From: a virus
DNA: 64,000 nucleotides
Reading direction: 5' to 3' (one strand)
IMG/VR virus record: IMGVR_UViG_3300008113_000031
Span: 1 to 64,000 of that record
Positions 29,401-40,800 of the stretch are shown piece by piece (the stretch's first letter is position 1; every line of letters begins with the position of its first letter). Both the position numbers and the translations under genes were made by a program. The notes beneath the pieces were generated by a model. It saw only the letters and a program-made list of their open reading frames with translations, was not told where the DNA came from and did not search any database.

Positions 29401-31333
29401 GCCGGCGCAGATCAGCAGCAGGCAATATTAAGTAGACTTGAAGGTAAAGTTGACAATAGAGTTTTAAGTGCAATTAGAAATACAAGAATAGCAACATTTG
29501 CTCCATCTGACGTTGTTGACGTTATAGCTAACCTTAACGAAGGAGTAAGCGTTGAGTCAGTTGCTGGTCTAGAAAGACTGTATGGCAGCGCTGTAGATCA
29601 AGAAGCAGCAGCTAGGGCAATATTAAAAATTACATCTCAGATAAGCGCAGATGCAGGAGTTTCTGCAGTTGAAGCAGCTGGTAGGCAAATGATTCAAACA
29701 AAATTTGAATTATTAGGAGAACTAAGAGCACTAGCAATGCAAAATTTAACGGAAGAAGCTGACTATAAAAATTTATTATCTGGGATAGATAATGCAATTA
29801 TAGGCGAAAGGCTTAAGCGGAGATGATATAGCTACTGCACTTCAATCTTATAAAACTGGATTTACAAAAGTAACACAAGCAGATGGAGCAGTTGTTTCAG
29901 AAGAGATGTCTAAATACTCCTCAAAAATAAATGCGGCAATTACTGGCGGAGATGATATAAATAGACAGCAAGCAGTAAAAGATTTACTTGGATTAGATGC
30001 AGACAATCCTTACGCTCATGCTTCAAAAATCCTTAGACTTGGGCAGCAGGGAGACGAAGCAATGAGAGCTTCTGGTGAAGCAATTTTTAGATTAAATCAA
30101 ATCGCATATGCAGCGGAAATAGCTACAACTAGAGAGTCTTCTATATTAGCTTCAAATATTTTGCAAGAAGCAGAGTCAATGCTTCAAAAAAACGCCGCAT
30201 CTTTAAGTAAAGCTTTTGGCGTTTCACAAGACACAGCAAGTGAGTTTTCTAAATATATTAATCCAAAGATGAGAGCAGAAGTAGTAGACAAAGTTCAATC
30301 TATGATCTATGAAGCAGCTGGGGGCTCAGAAGGGACAACGGTCAGACAACTCTTAGACTCCATGGAAATGCAAATGGCTGGAAGGTACAAAGGTTTAAGA
30401 AAATTAATTACTTCACAGCCTGGGTATTTAGATGAAAATGGTTTAATTAATATGTTTAGCGCAAGACAACAGGAAAGGGCTGTTTCTTTCCTAACTAGGC
30501 AAGAGGGCATATCAGCTTTGGCAGATCAATATGATGACATGGTTCAAAACTTTGATGCGATGTCTGTTGAAGAAAGACGAGAAATTTTAGCAATATCAGA
30601 AGATATGATAGGTAAATCTAGAAGAGGCGTCGCTGCTGTGGACGAAGATCAATTTAGGATAGCTGCAGGCCTATTGACCAAAAATGCAGAAAGGTCAATA
30701 GAAAGCCTCAATCTAGATGAGGCTACAGAAAAAGCAGTTAGACAGATGAAACTACTTCAGACAGCAAGAAGTCAACTATCTGAATTTGGCGACGAAATGG
30801 ATGAGGTGCTTTCCTTTGGGGGAAGGGCATCTGCAGCTGGATTTGCCCCTGATATGGTAGATTTAACAGACGATGAAAGAGCTAATTTATTTAGAGGTCT
30901 TGACGGGGAAGTTATGGGGGAAACAGCAAGGCCAACAGAAACAGGATACAAGCGTATAGGTAAAGAATTTTTTGATAAGCCAATAGTTAAAAAATCAGCA
31001 TACGCTGCTGCTGGTTTAATAGCTGCTAGCTTTCTATACTCGGCATCAAAAGATAGAACCCAAGAAGATGCTGCTGGTCCTCCTTTGCTACCTGGAGGTT
31101 CAGCATATGAGGCAATGTCTCAAAGAGATCCTCAAATGCCAGAGACTTCCATGTTTTCTGGCTACGATGAAGGGGTCGGGTACAGTGTTAATATAGAAGG
31201 AACAAGAGAACAAGCAGAATCTTTTTCAAGATCTATCGGATCTGTTGCTAGAGGCTCAGTTAACAGTACTATGTATAGAGGATTGCCACAGTTGGGCAAA
31301 GATCCCTATTCGCAAATTGCTAGTTCGTATTAG
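26458..31333 (+). CDS. Large helical virion (possibly ejected) protein, 1624 aa, requiring a +1 shift at CGG 29818-29820
   Basis: The first ORF ends AAG CGG AGA TGA. The +1 frame GGA GAT GAT ATA... runs without a stop into the 29906..31333 ORF. Confidence 0.7.
29818..29821 (+). other. +1 recoding site 2 (AAG CGG A)
   Basis: Shift confined to 29804-29826 by TAG 29801 (+1 frame) and TGA 29824. Confidence 0.75.
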
Positions 31334-31344
31334 GTTGATTTTAT

Positions 31345-31809
31345 ATGATTTTTGGTGCAGATAATCAAAATAAAAACCTTAGGGCTGCGTCAACAATTAA
31401 AGCTAATCCCACGGCCAAAACAAAAACAGCAAATCATTATTCTGCATCGATCTCTAGTTCAAAAACTACAGCAAATTCTACATCATCTAGAACTCAGCAA
31501 ACTACCGTCCATACATCTAGATCCAATATAAATGACGGTCAACCAGATCCAATAAGAGGTTCAATGGAGGGGCTTGATACAGGTAAATCAGCCCACATAC
31601 AAATGGACAACAGAGGCTACGATGCAAAGAGTTTGCAAACAGCTAGATATAAAGATAAAAATAAAACTTTAAAATCAGTAATGGGAACTTCTCTTTCCTT
31701 TACAAATCTTCAAAATAAGAGTATAATGAATAACTATAGCGGAATTACAATGAGTGGTTCTTCCAGCGATAGAATGTCAAAAAACTTAAGACTAAATAGA
31801 ATGTTCTGA
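31345..31809 (+). CDS. Hypothetical basic Ser/Thr-rich protein
   Basis: 154-aa low-complexity ORF filling the gap between large virion genes. Confidence 0.55.
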   Translation: MIFGADNQNKNLRAASTIKANPTAKTKTANHYSASISSSKTTANSTSSRTQQTTVHTSRSNINDGQPDPIRGSMEGLDTGKSAHIQMDNRGYDAKSLQTARYKDKNKTLKSVMGTSLSFTNLQNKSIMNNYSGITMSGSSSDRMSKNLRLNRMF

Positions 31810-31815
31810 TAAATT

Positions 31816-34800
31816 ATGGCTAAAGTATCTATAGAAAAATATTTAACCGCCTCTATGGCAACAATGTCAAAAGCAAAATATGATTCTGCCCTTAAAGAAG
31901 TAAGTACAGCTTTAACAACCGCTCTTAGTGTATATTCTGAACTCAAGCAAAAAGTTCAATCAGATCCGAACAAAAGATTTGCAAATAGTTTTAATACAAT
32001 TAACCCTGTCAACTATTCAGAAGAAAGCGGTGGAAACCTAGGTCTGCATAACTTTTGGTATATTGCATTTTCTGAAATAGAAAGAGGTTATGACGAGGAA
32101 TTTGGAGGAGGAAGTGGCGGACAAGATGGTCGTGGCAATAACGTATGGGGGAAGCCAAATACTCCTAGCGTAGCTACTCAAAATTATATAAAAAATACAA
32201 TTTGGCCAAAAGTTGAAAAACTTTTAGATATAAAGAATAAATACGTAAATGACGAACCCAATGGAGAAAACACTATCATTAATGCGTATGACGTTGATGC
32301 ATTCTTTAATAGTTATGCGGCTATGGGTGGTCAATACAATTATTATGAATGGGAAGACGTAGACCCAGCAGCACTTTTGGCTGGTGGAACATTTCTCTGG
32401 CAAACTATATTTGAAACTACTTCTAACGAAGTTGGCGCTAAGGCTGGAATTTACATCAAAGCCTTAGCTAAGGTAAAGATTTTTGGTATTGCGGGCAAAA
32501 TAGGTGGCGCCTCTGTCTTATATGGAACTTTAGCTGGAATCATTGCCTTGCTTCAAGGCGTAAAATATAAACTGGAAAATTTTGATCCAATTACGCATAC
32601 ATTTAAGACAACTTTTGCAGAAGATTTAATTAATCAAGCTCAATCAGAAATTACCCTAGCAAACCAGTTAGATGCAATCTTATCTAAGTATGGAATAGTT
32701 TTTAGTATAGATCAAGAGTTATCCAGAAAATACGGTCAAGTTTTTAGTGCAAATATAACAAAATATAAATCATCATTCTTTAGGGTTATGGCCCCAAATG
32801 ATGTTCTTTTAGAAAAAGATCAGACTTACATTAAGGGTATTTGGGACAGGATTAGAACAAGTGGCTTATTAGACCTTGCATTAAGCGCAACTTCTATAGG
32901 TGAATTCGCACGAAAAAGATTCTCAGCTGGTAACAACTTACTTGACCCACAGTTAGGAAGCGCAAGTCAAGCTTTAGATCCAGTAAGAGATACTTTATGG
33001 TTAAATGACTTAGTTATTGTTACTCAAAATCTTACAAGAGACCCAATAACACTAGCTTTGGTTCAAGCATATTTTCCTAGCCTATCAACATTATTCTTTA
33101 ATGCATCAGCAGCAGCAGCAGATTACTCTGGTGGCAGTGAAGATGATCCAATTAATAATATAGATGAATTAGCTAAATCTTTATTGAGAGCTTTTGGCAC
33201 CGATAAAGATGGCAAACCTATATTTAAACCAGCTTGGGAGTTAACAAACACAGCCCAAAGAATTAAAAAAGCACTTGAAGAATTTCCATTTAGAGAAAAT
33301 ATACCACCAAAGACTCCAGATATATTTCACTTTAGACTAGGCGCTGCAAACTTTTACGTCCCCCCAGTCTCAATTAATGTAAGTTCTCAGTTTAAAACTG
33401 GAAGTTTAACATCAGGTGCAATTAGACAAAAAAATAGCCCTAAGTTTAATGCTGGGTATAAAGAAACAACAATTAATGTTAAGTTATTTTTCCCTAACTA
33501 TGAGGAAATATGGGGCTTATCAATTGATGGAATCAAAGATGTTACAATTAATAAAGACTTTAAGATAGACTTTAAGGAAGCTGGAAACGAAGAGAAAATA
33601 GATAAGTTTTTATCTTCATTGAGAGGCTTAGTTGCAGCATTTAAATATGCGCCAATATTACCAGTTAAGAGTCACTATCTTAATATGGTTCATGGAATTA
33701 GTGGAGTGGCATTGTCGTCAATGAGCATATCTACAATTCCAAATTATCCCTTTGCTTTAGTGGTTGATCTTGAACTTTTAAATTTCAACCACAAACCATT
33801 TCTTCCAATGATTAAAGATTTTAACCAAGCTGTTCACTGGGGTAAATTCAGGCACTATATGGGTAAAGCAGCAGGTAGTTTACATAGTTATATTAATGAA
33901 TCTTTCTTGCTTCCAAAACCAGAAGACGCAGAAGATCCAGATCCCAACTTAACAAGAGTTACTTCTCAAACACCATATTACACAAAAACATCTCCAACTA
34001 AACTTAATAATAATGTTGGAAATCAAGAATCAGAAGTAGAACCAGATCTTATTACCGATCCTTATAAGGATGATATTTTTACAACAAATGTAATTAAAGA
34101 ATATAGAAATGGAAATAATATTTCTTTATTTATACCAGAGAGAATACAGACTAAGTTATTCACCCCAGATACATCTTCGTTTAGATCAGATGAAGAAAGA
34201 ATGTTAGATGACACTGGTGAGTCTATGTGGGATTCTTTGTTGAAAAAAATTGGCATTGATATAAATCAATCAGCTGGCTATTATCGATCACTAGGTTCCG
34301 TTGTTCAAACTTCAATAGAAGGATCAGTTAGCCCCTCTGCAAGAAGAGTCGTACTAGAAAGTATAGAGCTAATAACTGCTGGCGTAAATAAAGATACTTA
34401 TATGGAAAAGGTATATGATTATTTTGCAAAAGCATTCGTTGCAGAAAATAAATCTCTTTTAACACAAGATGAAATTGATTATATATTAAAAGATCCCAAT
34501 GAAAGCACTGTCCAAGATTATACTTCTACAGCACAAACTTTTAAATACAGGGGTAAAGATCTTATAATAAATAACAGTTCTTCTACTGGCGATGAAACAA
34601 ACTATAGCCTTAAGGATGTAAGACACTTATTTAAGCAGGCATCTCGCAATGCTTCTAGTGCACTAGATCAACTTGCCAATGAAGAAGCAGATAGGAAAGC
34701 AGCTACAACCGGCAAGTCAAGAGATCAGTTCATTGACCAAGCAAAAGAAGATATTGGCAGAGCATTTAATGTTCTTGTATATAATAGATTTTTTAAGAGT

Positions 34801-37800
34801 GGACCAATCCAGCAGCTTATGGAGGCCAAGAGGGCAAGGCAGGCAAAGTACCAATTCAATGAATGGGAAGTGCCGATGTTTAAAGTGGATCTTGATCCAA
34901 AGGCGGTTATCGTCAATGGTGTTTCTGTAACACTGGGTAACAACTTGGCTAAAATGCAACTGCAAATGCAGGAAGAGCCAACTTATCAACATATTGGTGG
35001 AAAAGATTCTTATATCAATATATCTATGACTGTTTTTGGTGAAAAAGAATTAATAAAAATTAGAAAAGTTTTTGAGCATATAAATGGTTTAGCTAGGATA
35101 GAACACTCTACTGGCGTCATAGGTTTCATGGGTATTAAAAATATAGTCGCTGCTCTAGCTGGAGTCAAGTATGTAATGCCATTAAGTTATGAGGTTAATA
35201 CAATTCCAAACTTTCCTCATGTTTATGACGTAAGAATGTCTCTTGTCGACTTTGATATTTTCCAGCAGCAAAGAGAAACTATTTCTTCTAAACAGCAAAA
35301 AGAAATGATAGAAACATTTGGAACTAAAAGAAATCCATTCTTGAGAATTAAACAACTATGGGGTGCATTTAATGCATACCCAGATTTTCCCCTTTCCATA
35401 AAAGATTCAAGCGGGGAAGTAGTGGGATGTCTAGATCCTGATTATTATTTCAGATCTTTTGAAATGTTTGACGAAGATATTATTGAACATCTTGCACCAC
35501 AGCAAGAAAAAATGAAATCTTTTTCTATAACGCCAAAACAGTTAAACACACAATCTACAACTGATCATCAAAAAAATGTCAATAGAATTTTGAACGAAAT
35601 TAAAACAATGGTTCAAAATAATGAACTTAAAAAACTAAAAGAATATTTTGATAAAGAACAGATAGGATTACTAGAAGCCTCTGCTTACGTAGAGGGAGCT
35701 GTCAGAGAGTTCTTTAGTGGTCAGAAAAAGAGTCTTTTAATAGATTTTATTAAGGAATATCCAGACGTAGATGATAAGACAGCAACATTTGGTTTAACTG
35801 CAAGTCTTGGGTCTGGCAGTATTAAGTTTAATACCGCAGTGGGAGATTTGTCATACAGTGATTCAAGCGCGACTCAACAAATACAAAATATTTTAGAGAC
35901 AAAAGATTTAGTTGTATCCGAAGATGGCTACTTAAGTATTGATCCAGATGAGTTAACCATACACCATACAATTACTTATATCCCAGCAGAAGAAAATCCT
36001 TCTGATGACAAAATGCCAGCCTTTTTATATCACGCAAATGGGTATCATTTGGGATATGTAAGTAAATCAAATAATAGATTTTACTTTACTGTTGATGGAG
36101 TAAGACCAGTTAAATCTGAGTCTGGTCAAGATAATGATGGCAAATTAAGTTATGTCCCAATTTCTGTTCCTTTTAGCGACGCAGACGATCCAAGTAAGGC
36201 TTATAAAAAGGGAGAGGGAAGCGCTCACATTGATTCACTAAAAGGCGCAGGATCAAACCTAGCTGACTTTAGCGATCCATATTCGGCTGGTTCTGGTGAT
36301 GGCCCAGAAGTAATGTCTACACAAGCTGCTAATAGCAACGTCGCGAAACACTGGGAAAGAATGCTAGTAGACACCAAATACAGAGATATATCAGGAAGAA
36401 TGATTAGAGCGTTTCCTACATATATGCTATGGCTAATAGATGAGGGTGGTTATTTTTCTGGTGTTAAACTTTTTGATAATTTTTATGGACTTCAATCAAT
36501 CATAGATTTTTCTGTTGTTCAATCTGAAGATATCTTAGGGGATACTCTAATTCTTAGAGTGTCAAACTTGTATTCAAAATTAACTACAGCCGAATCAAGT
36601 AGAATATTTGACGCAGAAGAAGAATTTCAAAATGAACAACTAACTCAGCTAGACGGAATTGAATCAGTATTAGATAAGGCGCTGAATAGATCTAGAAATA
36701 TGCTAGCCCATATGGAAAGTACATATGTGGTTGACATTAATAGTATTAGATTAAAGCCAGGTGTGAGAGTCCACTTAAGAGGTGGATATGGTGCAAATCC
36801 AAATGCGCTGCAAACTATTTTTAACGGAACTATTACTTCTGTTGAAAACGGAGAAATAGTAACGATAACAGCTCAATCAGACGCTATTGAATTAAGCCCA
36901 ATTGTTAACTCTACAAATAAAAAAGGTGATAGTGGTAAAATAGATGGTGGTATCAACACTGGTTTTTGGCTTTCAGAACCAAGAGACTTAATGGTAAGAC
37001 TTCTTACTATGGGATCTTCAAGAACCCGTGAAGCAATAGCTCATGCTACAAGAGGTAGAATTTTTTCCGAAAACAAATTTGGCATTAGACACTTTGGGCA
37101 GATACTTTATGAGCCACTTAATGATCTCGAGGCTGCTAAAAATGAAGCTGTAGTTTCACAAGTTAAAGACATGTATGATTCGTTAGGTGAAGCTAGTGGT
37201 AATGCATGGGGTATGGGATCGGCATTAGGCATTCTTTCTTCAGGTTCAAACCAAGGTAGCGGAACTATGTTTGGAATAGGTCCAGAAGTTAGAGCTCCAG
37301 GTGTGTCATTAATGAGAACTTTGTGGGCTAACTTTAGCGCACAAAGGGACTTTGAAATCTTTAAAAGAAATATTTACCCAGGCAATGGAACCGGAATTGC
37401 GCAATTTTTAGGCGGAGACCTTGGTGACGGATGGTCTACAGTAGCTAGTATTACTCCAGAAGATAAGCCAAACGAAAGACTGGAGTATATCGGAAGGCTT
37501 ACTGATTATTCTTGGAATGAAATGGTTTCCAAAGCTGGAAATGGAATCTTTGAAGGTAACCCAGACGCCAAGCAGTTAGTTGACATTAATGGTAAGCCAA
37601 ACGAAATAGGTAATAGCAATAGCTCAGCCGGTTTTGCAAAAGTTGCTCTTGGTGGAGCAATTGCAGCTGCAGGCATTGCGGTTACTGGAGGGTTGGGGGC
37701 TCCAATAATAGGAGGAGTTCTTGCCACTGGTGGATTAGCTGGAGTTTTAAGTGGAAGAGGAGGAACCAGCATATTTAATGCAATGGGGATTACTTCTGGA

Positions 37801-40800
37801 TCAGACGATGATCTTCCTGGGCTAGATGAAGTTTCCTTTAGAGCTCAAACATATATGAGAACAGTTTGGGACCTTTTCCAAATGTGTGCAAGATTACTTC
37901 CTAACTACATTGTTGCCGTCAGACCCTTTGAAGATAGATCAACTGTATTCTATGGTAAGCCACATTGGTTATATACATCTGGAGTTGTACCACTTACAAC
38001 TGGATACCCTGGAACAAAGAGGGCTCAAGAACTTGGAATTTCTTCTCCCAAAGAACTTGACACTGACTACATTCTTGAAAGTACAATGAAAGATATTAAT
38101 GAGTCTTCAAATCCATTAGCAGACGCTGCAGCGTTTAATCAATTGGATACCTCTTTAATATCAATAAATGACACATTATCTCAGCAGTTAACTTCAACTG
38201 AAGGTGGAGTTTATATTCCTGTAGATAAAATTAAAGATGAAAATGGAAAAGGCAGAATAATAGCTTTTGGATATCAATCTACAATGGAGTATAGAGACAA
38301 TTCCGGTAATCCAATAGCTAAGCTTCCAAGCTCTCACGGTTACGCCACAGTAGGCTATCACCTTCCAGTAAGCTCAGAAGAAGTTACTCAAGTAACTCTT
38401 GATGAAGAACAGATTAAAAATCACAAACAAATAGACCAACTACCACTCAGATATAGATTTCCATTCTTTACAGATAGAGATGACAAAATTGTATTGGAAG
38501 ACTTTGCATATTATGCTATTGCGGATCAATTAGGAGCCTGGCAAAACCACCATGCAGACTACATGAAACTTGTTCGCGACAACGCTAGTTACAATGGTGT
38601 AGGTGGGACAAAAGAAGAAACTAGATGGATTGAGTTAATGAAGATGGAAACAAGCCTATACACAGGTGTTTCAACTGTGGATACTGGCGAGTTAAGAAAC
38701 TTCAATGGAATACCTCTTGCGATGAAGTTGCTTTCTGGAAATATTCCAAGTTTCAAGGGTCTAGAGCAAGAAGTTGCAGATAAATATATATTCCAAGAAA
38801 AATTAGGGCAAGCTGGTTTATCAGGAACATCTTCAGTAGTCAGAATGCCACTGCCAGATAATCCAGCTCTTTCTTCTTCCGCAGAAACAAGAGCAGACTT
38901 GTATGATGTTTTAAAGGATCGTCCTGATTTCAATACTAACGCTGCTGGGTTAAGAGATTGGAAAGCTCCAAAAACGCCTTTAGAAGAGCAGTTCTACATT
39001 GCTATGAAATGGCCATATAAACCATCAGATGCATTTAGCGATCAAACAATAGAGCAATTTATACAAAGTCAAGGTGGATATGTTCCAGTCGGCAATGCAA
39101 AAAGTTATCAAGAAAGAAAAGTTATGGTTTACAGCCCTAGCACTGGTAAGGCCGTTGTGTGTAGACCTGCATACTATCTTTGGGGCGAACAAACAGTCAG
39201 TATTGCAAAGCCAAGTGCTAACGACTATACAGATAATGACGATCCTACAAAGAATATAGTGGGAGGATTTGATATCTTTGGAAATCCTAGAGGTGGATCA
39301 AGCGACGACTATGGAGTACTTGATGGGGGCGGCAATGCCCTACAGTTAGGTTATGACATTGCGCTTTCTGCTTTGGTTTCACCAGACGCAGCATATTTCT
39401 TGGGAATGCTTAATTTAACTGCAGCAGAAAAAGCAATTTGGTCATCTGGCGATAGATCTAAGAATGAAGGTGATTGGCACGGCGCAGAAGATGCAATAAA
39501 ATCTTTAGCAGCTGCGGGAGTCGCACCGTTCCCAATGCCAAGAAAGTGCTACTATGCCTTTGTTCCTGATGATATGCCCCTGGGCGTAGTTCCTGATTTT
39601 GTCATGCCAATAGATGAATTCTCGCCTCCTGGTCAAGAGGTTATTCATGAATATGGTTCTGATAAAAAAATAATATCATTTGGAGCATATAAGGGTAAAA
39701 AAACAACCATTAATAACAGTAATTACAATCCAAGTGGATCTTCTGATGGAGAAAATTTCTTTGAGTTTAAACCATCTTCTGCAATAGAAATGGAAGATGT
39801 TTTAAATTCTGTTGGAAAACTTGAAATAGCAGGAAACGTTTTAGGAACAAATGGCACATTTGGTCCTGGCACTGGAGATTATTTTGATTTGGTCAGAAAT
39901 CAAGACTGGGAAGGTATTGAAAATCTAAAGAAAGTTTTAGAAGGAGAACTAAAAGATAGATCAACTTTTGCTCAAAAAAGATTTTCTGCAGTATATGATG
40001 AAGCAGAGCCAAAATCAGTAGAAGCTAGAAATTTTTATGATGAAGATTATAATCCAAGTGTTGCCGTAATAGCAGGAAATGGAAGAACTCTACAGCAGGC
40101 AATGGAAGTATGGGATCAATTTAGGGCTGGGTATCATACGTATTCAAATGTTAAAGAAGCTTTTGTTAGAGCATATGGTCTTCCCGCTGAAGGAGAAGAA
40201 AGCGAACAAGACCTTGGTACATTTTTAACTGGTGGTTTTGGTTTAGGTAAAAAACTTGGAGACAAAGGTTTGACTTCTGGTAAGCAAACACCAGATCAAT
40301 ATATAGATGGACTAGAAGGAAGATACTCTACTCAAACAACAGATTCGCAAGAGTCTGCCGCCGCTGCAGATAAAGATTTAAAAAATCTATTCCAGTATTA
40401 TAGTGAATCAAATAATTCTGCTGAAGATGAATTTAGTTTGGTTTTTGGAGACAGCTTCTTTGCTAATCCAGATTGGGTTGGTAGCGAAAACGCTGCTACA
40501 CAAGCTGCTCTCAGAGGAAATCCGGAAAAAATAAGACAAGGTTTAGAGGCAGCTAGAAAAGATTTTATTGATAATCCAGATTCAAAAAATGGATTAATTA
40601 GTTATTTTAATGAATTACTTAATGATAAATTAGATAAGATATTATCAATAATTAGAGATTCTTTGTCATTATCTGGAGTGACGGATAAAGAAGCTCAGGA
40701 TCAGTATATAGCTTCAATTAAAACATCTAGACAACTTTTCTTATTTATGGTTGGAGCATTCAGAAACAGAATGTGGTCAGACCCATATGCAAGAGCATGG

